64,000 nucleotides of DNA from Macrostomum lignano (Eukaryota): the NCBI GenBank assembly GCA_002269645.1, contig NIVC01000977.1, forward strand, positions 310,001 to 374,000, read 5' to 3'. Position numbers and translations under genes: made by a program. Shown piece by piece: positions 11,468 through 22,500 of this stretch. Under the pieces are notes generated by a model. The model did no database searches. It worked only from the letters and a program-made list of their open reading frames with translations, and was not told the origin of the DNA. Numbering within the stretch: the first letter of the stretch is position 1; every line of letters starts with the position of its first letter.

Positions 11468-12100
11468 AAGTATCATTGTTTATCTATGGCCTGTGCATCA
11501 ATATCATTGTTTATCTATGGCCTGTGCATCAATATCATTGTTTATCTATGGCCTGTGCATCAATAAGTATCATTGTTTATCTATGGCCTGTGCATCAATA
11601 TCATTGTTTATCTGTGGCCTGTGCATCAATATCATTGTTTATCTATGGCCTGCGCATCAATAAGTATCATTGTTTATCTATGGCCTGTGCATCAATATCA
11701 TTGTTTATCTATGGCCTGTGCATCAATATCATTGTTTTTCTATGGCCTGCGCATCAATAAGTATCATTGTTTATCTATGGCCTGTGCATCAATAAGTATC
11801 ATTGTTTATCTATGGCCTGTGCATCAATATCATTGTTTATCTATGGCCTGTGCATCAATATCATTGTTTTTCTATGGCCTGCGCATTAATAAGTATCATT
11901 GTTTATCTATGGCCTGTGCATCAATAAGTATCATTGTTTATCTATGGCCTGTGCATCAACATTATTGTTTATCTATGGCCTGTACATATAATAGCATTGT
12001 TTATTTATGGGTAAACAATATATATATATATATTTATTGTATATATTGAATGTACATTAATATTATTGTTTATCTATGGCCTGAGCATCAATATATGTAC
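11468..12100. repeat. ~31/35-bp minisatellite just downstream of the Dicer 3' end
   Basis: Unit tatcattgtttatctatggcctgtgcatcaa with an optional taag. Confidence 0.92.
12033..12038 (-). terminator. Candidate polyadenylation signal AATAAA for Dicer
   Basis: tttatt on the plus strand, about 220 nt downstream of the Dicer stop codon. Confidence 0.4.
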
Positions 12101-12254
12101 AGAATATGGCCTTCACAATACCCAGCGCCTCAAAAGAAAGTCATTACAGTCATCTAATTTGGGACACCTATTATAGACTTTCAACCTTGGAGATTCGTTG
12201 CTAATTTGGCAGAACAAAAGCAATGAAAGAAACTGAAAATACAGAAATACAGCC

Positions 12255-15200
12255 TTAAATCAAAACAGCTGGCTGCGTGGTACAACTAACGCCAACAACA
12301 ACATCGGCAACATTATTGACAGCGGCAGTTTCAACCTCGACTTCGCCTTCGCCGTCGCCCTCGCTTTCGCTGACTGACGGTGGCGATTTACGCTTGCTGC
12401 CGCCGACGACACCGCCGCCGGCGCTGCTGCACACGGCCGGATCCGTCAGGAATCGCCTGGCCAGAGCCACCCGGCACAGCCGCTTGTTGCGCTCCGCCTC
12501 CTCGTAGACGAAGCCGCTGCCAACTCGCAAGCGCATCCGGGTGGCCGCCAGGGCGTCTGCGGCGGCAGCCACGTCGGGTGTCAACTGCGACTCTGTCGAC
12601 GACGACATGGACTGCAGCATCTCGAACTTGACCGCCAGGCCCATGGAGGCGGCGGTCTCGTGCAGCTGGCGCACCGGGTTGCGGGGCGGCTCGGCCAGGA
12701 AGTCGCGCATCGGCTCCGACATGAGGCGGCGGATCAGCGACCAGGCGGCCGACAGCGACCAGCCGGAATCGGCGAAGACGGCGCCAACCAGGGACTCGAC
12801 TAGGTCGCCAAGAGCCTGGGTTGATTATGAGACGAGGAGGGCAGATGACACAAATAAAATTGGAAAGAAGTGACTCCAAACCACTCTTAAAACAACGAGA
12901 TGTCACGATGCAAGTCATCAAAGAGTTGCTCAAGAGTCACGAGTCGTATCTGAGGCGTGCTTAGAGTCGCTATAGAGTCACTGGATTGTGTTTGAAGAAG
13001 CGCATTTGCGTCGCGCTTGTGACGCAACAGTTCGCCTCTCCGTCGCATTTGACGCGTTTTGAGTCGCTTAAAAAGTCGCAAGACTCGCCCCACAGTCGCT
13101 AGAGTCACCAGTGAGTTGTTTGCAACGACTTTTTAGTGATTATTGTCATGGTATCGTTTTTAACGGATACTCTACTCATGCACACGATCACACAGGGTGT
13201 ACAGCGACACCCTTCAACCGACTAAACTCATGACACAAACTCATATTCGTCCACAGTCTATTGGTCAAACTGGTCAAACTGTACATATCGGTAGTTACCG
13301 AACGTCCCTGGACTCACCTTGACGGCGGACAGACGGACAACCCGAGCTGCGTCGGCTCCAGCATCGGCCACGAACTGGTCGCTCAGCCTTCGGAACCGGT
13401 CCGGGCCATCGAACTGGGCGGCGCTTTCTCGATATTCCATAATGAGATCTTGCAGCGGCTCGTCCATCGAGAGCAGGTGCGACTCGAGGCCGTGTGACAC
13501 GGCCACTGCGGCAAACAGATTGTTGTTGGTCAGCGACATTCGGAGATCCGTGACGGCACCTGATTGAAGGAAATTTCAATAGCCAATCAGAATAGTCCAA
13601 CTAAAATGGCAGCCAATCAGAATGATCTAACTGGAATGACAGACAATCAGAATAGTCCAACTGAAATGACAGCCAATCAGAATGGTCCAACTGGAATGAC
13701 AGCCAATCAGAATAGTCCAACTGGAATGACAGACAATCAGAATGGTCCAACTGGAATGACAGCCAATAAGAATGGTCCAACTGGAATGACAGCCAATCAG
13801 AATGGTCCAACTGGAATGACAGCCAATCAGAATAGTCCAACTGGAATGACAGCCAATCAGAATGGTCCAACTGGAATGACAGCCAATCAGAATAGTCCAA
13901 CTGGAATGACAGCCAATCAGAATAGTCCAACTGGAATGACAGCCAATCAGAATAGTCCAACTGGAATGACAGCCAATCAGAATAGTCCAACTGGAATGAC
14001 AGCCAATCAGAGTCACACGCGGGACTCACCCGGCGAGCCAGTGTCCATGCAGTCGCAGACAGCGTAATGCGTCACCAAATAATCAATAACGGCATCGCCA
14101 AGGAACTCCAATCGTTGGTAGCAGTCGGTCACGTGATTCCACGTGAATGTCGAGTGAGTCACAGCCGACAGGAGAAACTCTCGCCGACGAAACTTGTAGC
14201 CGAGCTTCACCTCTAGCTGGTCGAGATCCGCCATCCCCCAAAACTTAACAAAATCGGGTGATTCGACGCCGATTTCGCCCGGCAACAGAAGCGTCGTAGC
14301 GGCCGGTTCCGCCGGGGTCGGCAGCGAGGCCGATGGAACGCCGAGCCAGCGCAAGAAGGCGTCGGCGGCGTCGCCACCGCAGGCAGACAGGATGAGGCCA
14401 GTCAGAGCTTCGGCCACGTCAGCGACACTTTTGTCGGCCAAATTGCAGCACCAGCGTCGGTTGGCAGAGCTAGCGTCGGCGGTGGGGTCGGCGTCGGGTC
14501 GGGCGCACGGCGGCTGATAGTTCTCCGGCTTGTTGGCGTCCTGCATGCGTCGGAGCAGAAATTCTTCAGTGCCTCACCTTACCTAATTATTCCGTAGGTG
14601 ACTTAAGTAGGTCCCCACCTGTCCATCACTAAACCACACCTGTCCATCACTAAGCTACATCTGTCCCTAACTAAGCCAAACCTGTCCCTAACTAAGCTAC
14701 ATCTGTCCCTAATCAAGCCACACCTGTCCCTAATCAAGCCACACCTGTCCCTAATCAAGCCACACCTGTCCCTAATCAAGCCACACCTGTCCCTAATCAA
14801 GCCACACCTGTCCCTAACTAAGCCACACCTGTCCCTCACTAAGCCACACATGTCCCTAATCAAGCCACACCTGTCCCTAATCAAGCCACACCTGTCCCCA
14901 ACCTACCTGAGCGAACACGAAGCGGTGCAGACGCTTCTCCTTGGCCGCACAGTGCAGGAAAGCATTGCGAATCTCACGCATTCGCAGCCGGGTGAGGCGG
15001 CCCTCCGACACGGTGTGGTCGCTATCATGGAACAGGCGGGTGCTGACGGTGAATTTCAGCCGAGCATCGCCCAGGGTCTCCAACAGCTCCATGCTGTGAA
15101 AGTCGTTGGCGTGGGTCAGCGTGACCGCTTGGAGGCAGCCGGTGAGGGTCAGACCTGACCCGCTGTCGGGGGAGCGGAAACTGGAGGGGGCAGGTGGGGG

Positions 15201-18200
15201 GGGGCGGAAGTGAAGTTGGCGCAACAAAAGATTTGGGAATGTGATTACATGCAATACTGTAGAGCAAGAGAAGTGAGGAGTCAGAGTGCGAAGTAAGGAA
15301 TCAGAGTGCCAAGTAAGGCATCAGAGTGCCAAGTAAGGCATTTAGAGTGCCAAGTAAGGCATTAGAGTGCCAAGTAAGGCATTTAGAGTGCCAAGTGAGG
15401 TATCAGAGTGACAAGTAAGGCATTTAGAGTGCCAAGTGAGGTATCAGAGTGCCAAGTAAGGCATTTAGAGTGCCAAGTAAGGCATTTAGAGTGCCAAGTA
15501 AGGCATCAGAGTGCCAAGTAAGGTATTAGAGTGCCAAGTGAGGAGTCAGAGTGCCAAGTGATGAATCAGAGAGCCAAGTGAGGCATCAGAGTGCCAAGTG
15601 GGGCATCAGAGTGCCAAGTAAGGCATCAGAGTGCCAAGTAAGGCATTTAGAGTGCCAAGTGAGGTATTAGAGTGACAAGTAAGGCATTTAGAGTGCCAAG
15701 TGAGGCATCAGAGTGCCAAGTGAGGCATCAGAGTGCCAAGTGAGGCATCAGAGTGCCAAGTGATCAGAGTGCCAAGTGAGGCATCAGAGTGCCAACTGAG
15801 GAGTCAGAGGGCCAAATGAGGCATTAGAGTGAATAGATAACCGTCAGCTAGTCTCACCCATTTGCAACAATCCATTCCATAACGTCAAACTTCATAAGAG
15901 CCCGCTGTTCCACAGACAGTTGCTGATCAGCCGCAAGACTACAGCCAGAGTAGATAAGTCGCGGGTTCGAATCCACAGCGCAGCCAGTTGACAGCGGAGC
16001 CGATTGAAGCAGGGACATGAGCTCGCAGCCTAGCAGCAGCTGGTTAATCCGGTACACAATGGCTGGCATGGCTCTCAGCTGACACCAAAGTCGCACTTGA
16101 ATGCCGGGCATCGCCAAGAGGCGGCTAACCCGGTCAACGCTGGTCTTGTTCTGCCGAGATAGCAGGCGAACCATGCGACCTTTGGCCGCATTGGGGTTGT
16201 ACACCAGAGCGTCCAGATGGGGCGTGCGGCTGAACTCAACCAGGCCGTTGGGTCGGATAGAGGTCACGTAGTGCCTGGGGTGGCCGGGTTGCCAGGATTT
16301 TAAAATTGCTATTCTTTTTAAGTACCAGATTCTTAGGTAGTTTATGGGGTAGATTCTCTGTGGTAGTTTATGGGGTAGATTCTCTGTGGTAGTTTATAGG
16401 GTAGATTCTCGATGGTAGTTTATGGGGTAGATTCTCTATGGTAGTTTATAGGGTAGATTCTCTGTGATAGTTTATGGTGTAGATTCTCTGTGGTAGTTTA
16501 TGGGGTAGATTCTCTGTGGTAGTTTATAGGGTAGATTCTTGATGGTAGTTTATGGGGTAGATTCTCTATGGTAGTTTATAGGGTAGATTCTCTGTGGTAG
16601 TTTATGGTGTAGATTCTCTGTGGTAGTTTATGGGGTAGATTCTCTGTGGTAGTTTATGGGGTAGATTCTCTGTGGTAGTTTATGGGGTAGATTCTCTGTG
16701 GTAGTTTATGGGGTAGATTCTCTGTGGTAATTTATAGGGTAGATTCTCTATGGTAGTTCATGGGGCAGATTCTCTATGGTAGTTTATGGGGTAGATTCTC
16801 TGTGGTAGTTTATGGGGCAGATTCTCTATGGTAGTTTATGGGGTAGATTCTCTATGGTAGTTTATGGGGTAGATTCTCTGTGGTAGTTTATGGGGTAGAT
16901 TCACTGTGGTAGTTTGTACTCACCAAGACTTTGTCCCCCTGTCCTGCAGCCGCTGTACCAGAACTCCAGGCTTCAGCACGTCGCGATTGGCAGCGACCTC
17001 CACAATGGCCGGTCCAATCAGTGGGTCCGGGCTGGTCAGGTGGCTGAGCAGGTCCCAGTCTATACTACCATTGGGCTGGTTGTCTAAATCGCCCCGAACC
17101 ACCGCAATCAGCTGACAGATAGGCTCCACAGCTCCGTCTGGGTGCTCTGATTCTGCCTCCTTGGGGCTGTCATGGGGAAGGAAGTCAGTTTAATTATTAT
17201 TAAACCGATATGTTTCGTACAACACGTTTTTAGGGAAACAAAACTGTTTATACTAGGGAGGGTTGAAGCCTAGTGGTTAGAGCGTCGGACTCACGGCTGA
17301 AAGGTCGGGGGTTCGATTTCTTTCCGCCCGTCGAACTACTAAGGGAAGATTTTGAGAGAACTAGAGAGACTAGCTAAGGATGTCCGGCAGTTCAGGTTTG
17401 CCCCATTATTGAGAAGCTTGATAAAAAAATCTGACATAGTCGCAACAGGATGTTCATAGTCGTCTGGTGTCCTCTTTTGAAGGTTCAGAAGCACCGCCTG
17501 GGTAAAAGCCAGTGACCAAGGAAGGCAGAGCTGATGCAGACAGTTTTACTGTTAATTTATGGAGGGCTGAAGTAACTATTAATTGAGATTCCTAAGAACA
17601 TGTCTACCATCATCCGCGTGCTGTTCAGAGTAATAATAATGATAATGATAATAATAATAACCGATTACACCTGCCTTAGTGAGCAGATGTGCAACCGACA
17701 GCTCAGCCGCAGCTATTGCGCGGCGCATCTGAAGGCTGCGTACGGCTGTTCAGTCCAAGGACTGGGGGGTCGCCACACACCCTCAATTATTAAAGCTAAT
17801 GCTGGCACCCATTTTACAGCTGGGTGAACTGAAGCAATGCAGAGTTAAGTTGTCTTGCTCAAGGATACAAATTGTTTCAGTAGGATCGGGAATCGAACCC
17901 CCGACCTTCCAGTCGTGAGTCCGACGCTCTGGCCACTAGGCTACAACCCCCCTTCCTCCTCCCTCCCTTCCGGACGCACCCGCCGCCGCTTGGAGGCCAA
18001 TAAAATCTCAGGCCCTTCATCTGCCCAGGCTCGTGCCACCGCAGCATCAGGCGGGTCAGAGGCGCCTGGGCGGCAACCAGCTGGGCCAGTTGACCCTCCG
18101 TCAGCCTCAGCGCCTGGCCGGGTCCTGGACGGAATTCGGCCGGCTCGCATCCGAGAAACAGCGGAAAAGCGAGGCTGTCGGGTAGCGGAGCGCCGCAGGT

Positions 18201-19164
18201 AAGCAGGGCGGGCTGCCAGTCGCAGGGGGGCAGGTGAAGGCCCGGCAGCTTCACGTCCAGCCTGTGACAGTAGAACAGTGGAGCTGCTGTTGAGGTGTGG
18301 CTGTCGCTGCCACTGTCGAAGGCAATCTGGTGCCCGATAGCAGCTGAGGAGCTGCTGGCTCTGGCGACGGGTTTCGGCAGCCAGGCGTGACGGCCGCGCG
18401 TGCCCTGCAAGGCATGAGACGTGTGGAGAATTTGTGCTGTACAAATCTTGGTGAAGGGGGATTTCAAGCAAGTGAATCTGGGGCCGTGGAGTCGTGGAAT
18501 CTCGGAAAGATGGAATTTTGGAGAATCTCCGGAAAGAGGGAATTTCGGAGAACCTCGAAAAGAGAGAATTTTATAAGAATCTTGGGAAGGGGGAATAAAG
18601 AGAATCTTGGGAAGGGGGAATTAAGAGAATCTTGGGAATGGGGAATTAAGAGAATCTTGGGAAGGGGGAATTAAGAGAATCTTGGAGAGGAAATTTAGGA
18701 AAACCTTGAAAAGAGGAGATTTAGAAGAATCTAAGAAATAGGGAAATTCCGAGAATATTGAAAGGTGAATTTCTGAAAAAGCTTTTAAAGGCAATAGACA
18801 GTGGTTTTGGAAAATCAATCTCAGTGTCACCTGTCCCGGCTCGTAGCTGCGCAGTTCTTCCACGGCGCAGCGAGCCTCCCGCTCACTCGGCAGCAGGTGA
18901 TCGTCCAGTTCGCCCGTCTTGTGCAGGAGGCGCACCGCCTCCAGAGCGGCAGATCGTCTGGCATCATCGGCGGAGAGTCGGTCGCCCCGGCACTGCACCG
19001 GCTGCACAATGGGGCAGGGCCTGGGCAGGAACAGGCGGCAGCGATAGCGGCCCGAGGTTGGGTTCAGCGCGGTGTCGAAGTACGGCGATGGGGGCCTGGT
19101 GCAGCCCATGGAGGCCAGCCTAGTGGTGTACCTAAGCGGTTGGAGAATCAGTCGGATGTTACTG

Positions 19165-19213
<49 letters not shown>

Positions 19214-19242
19214 GCTTGTCTGCCTGTCTGTCTGTCTGTCTG

Positions 19243-19315
<73 letters not shown>

Positions 19316-19486
19316 GTCTGTCTGTCTGTCTGTCTGTCTGTCAGTCAGTCTGTCTGCTTGTCTGTCTGTCTGTCAGTCAGTCTGTCTGCTTGTCTGTCTG
19401 CCTGTCTGTCTGTCTGTCTGTGTCTGTCTGTCTGTCTGTCAGTCAGTCTGTCTGCTTGTCTGTCTGTCTGTCAGTCAGTCTGTCTG

Positions 19487-19533
<47 letters not shown>

Positions 19534-22500
19534 GCATGTCTGTCTGCCTGTCTGTCTGTCTGTCTGTCTGCATGTCTGTCTGCCTGCCTGTCTGTCTGTC
19601 TGTCTGTCTTTGTCTTTTATAAAAACTGCAGGTCGGCAGTCATGTCAGAGCACACACCGGTTAATCAGGCTCACGGCAGTCTTCAGCCCGACTTTGGCTC
19701 CGGTAGAGGCCACTTCGTAATAAGCCGGGTGATCGCTCCGGACGCTCAGGTCCAGCGGTGCGGCGCCTTCGCTGGCGTCAGCTGTTGAAGCCGTCGCCCC
19801 TGATTCGTCGGGCTGAATGGATTAAGAAGAAGTGCAGATCCATGACTCAACAGTCGCCTCTCCGTCGCTTTATAGCCGCTTCAGTCATTAAAAAGTTACA
19901 AGAGTCGCCCCAGAGTCTCTAGGGTCACCAGTGAGTTGTTAGCAATGACTCTTTAGCGATTCTTGTCACTGTAACGTTCTCAAAGGAGATATTCTAGACC
20001 ATTTAAACTCATTTTAATACAGAGAATCGAATTCAAAACAATCCCTATCTCATAGTCATATCCCAAACCAAAAGCGATTGCCTCCATTATCATTTCATTC
20101 CTTTTCTTAGCACCAGAGGCGCCAGCACCAGAGGCGCCAGCACCAGAGGCGCCAGCACCAGAGGCGCCAGCACCAGAGGCGCCAGCACCAGAGGCGCCAG
20201 CACCAGAGGCGCCAGCACCAGAGGCGCCAGCACCAGAGGCACCAGCACCAGAGGCGCCAGCACCAGAGGCGCCAGCACCAGAGGCGCCAGCACCAGAGGC
20301 GCCAGCACCAGAGGCGCCAGCACCAGAGGCGCCAGCACCAGAGGCGCCAGCACCAGAGGCGCCAGCACCAGAGGCGCCAGCACCAGAGGCGCCAGCACCA
20401 GAGGCGCCAGCACCAGAGGCGCCAGCACCAGAGGCGCCAGCACCAGAGGCGCCAGCACCAGAGGCACCAGCACCAGAGGCGCCAGCACCAGAGGCGCCAG
20501 CACCAGAGGCGCCAGCACCAGAGGCGCCAGCACCAGAGGCGCCAGCACCAGAGGCGCCAGCACCAGAGGCGCCAGCACCAGAGGCGCCAGCACCAGAGGC
20601 GCCAGCACCAGAGGCGCCAGCACCAGAGGCGCCAGCACCAGAGGCGCCAGCACCAGAGGCGCCAGCACCAGAGGCGCCAGCACCAGAGGCGCCAGCACCA
20701 GAGGCGCCAGCACCAGAGGCGCCAGCACCAGAGGCGCCAGCACCAGAGGCGCCAGCACCAGAGGCGCCAGCACCAGAGGCGCCAGCACCAGAGGCGCCAG
20801 CACCAGAGGCGCCAGCACCAGAGGCGCCAGCACCAGAGGCACCAGCACCAGAGGCGCCAGCACCAGAGGCGCCAGCACCAGAGGCGCCAGCACCAGAGGC
20901 GCCAGCACCAGAGGCGCCAGCACCAGAGGCGCCAGCACCAGAGGCGCCAGCACCAGAGGCGCCAGCACCAGAGGCGCCAGCACCAGAGGCGCCAGCACCA
21001 GAGGCGCCAGCACCAGAGGCGCCAGCACCAGAGGCACCAGCACCAGAGGCACCAGCACCAGAGGCGCCAGCACCAGAGGCGCCAAAGCGAGTGTCTTACC
21101 TCAGAGTCCTCATCCGACATGGCATCAAAAGCGGCCCGCATTTTAAGCAGGCTGCGTTGAACCGCTTCGTCCAGCCACTGATAATAGACCAGCTTGGACT
21201 TGCAGTCGTTCTCCTCGTCCTCATTTACCAGCATAACGTAACGCGACTTAACAGCTCTGGCGCGTCCTTTCGATTGGACGTAGGAACGAAACTCTGGCGG
21301 GAAGTTGAACTTCACGACCAGATTGCACTGCCGGACGTTCATGCCTTCCTCGATGACTCGGGTGGCAATGAGTGTGTTGACTTCTCCTGTGCGGAACTGC
21401 TTGAGCACGCGGTCCTGCTGGGATAGAGACATCGCCACCTGGTTTGACTGCTCGCTGGACAGGCCGTGACCGGTGACGAACTCAGGCCGGAGGAAGCTCA
21501 GGTCGCTTTTGTAGCCGGTCATCTTTTAATTGGCGTAGCAACAAAACTCGACAGTTATTTTAGGCTATTTCCAGATCCCCGATGCTTGATTTCCAAATCC
21601 CAAATACCAGATGCTTGATTTTCAAGTCCCAAATATCAGATGCTTGATTTCCTGATCCCAAATACCAGATGCTTAATTCCAGATCCCAAATACCAGATGC
21701 TTGATTCGAGATCCCAGATCTCAGATGCTAGATCCCAAACACTAGATGCTTGATTCCAGATCCCAAATACCAGATGCTTGATTTCAGATCCCAAATACCA
21801 GATGCTTGATTCCAGATCCCAAATACCAGATGCTTGATTCCAGATCCCAAATACCAGATGCTTGATTCGAGATCCCAGATCTCAGATGCTAGATCCCAAA
21901 CACTAGATGCTTGATTCCAGATCCCAAATACCAGATGCTTGATTCGAGATCCCAGATCTCAGATGCTAGATCCCAAACACTAGATGCTTGATTCCAGATC
22001 CCAAATACCAGATGCTTGATTCCAGATCTCAAATACCAGATGCTTGATTCGAGATCCCAGATCTCAGATGCTAGATCCCAAACACTAGATGCTTGATTCC
22101 AGATCCCAAATACCAGATGCTTGATTCCAGATCCCAAATACCAGATGCTTGATTCCAGATCCCAAATACCAGATGCTAGATTCCAGATCCCAAATACCAG
22201 ATGCTTGATTCCAGATCCCAAATACCAGATGCTAGATTCCAGATCCCAAATACCAGATGCTTGATTCCAGATCCCAAATACCAGATGCTTGATTCCAGAT
22301 CCCAAATACCAGATGCTAGATTCCAGATCCCAAATACCAGATGCTTGATTCCAGATCCCAAATACCAGATGCTTGATTCCAGATCCCAAATATCAGATGC
22401 TTGATTTCCTGATCCCAAATACCAGATGCTTAATTCCAGATCCCAAATACCAGATGCTTGATTCGAGATCCCAGATCTCAGATGCTAGATCCCAAACACT

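Noticed and set aside
17260-17950. Two functional tRNA genes
   Set aside because: The anticodon and acceptor stems do not pair properly, and the minus copy continues into a SINE body and tail.
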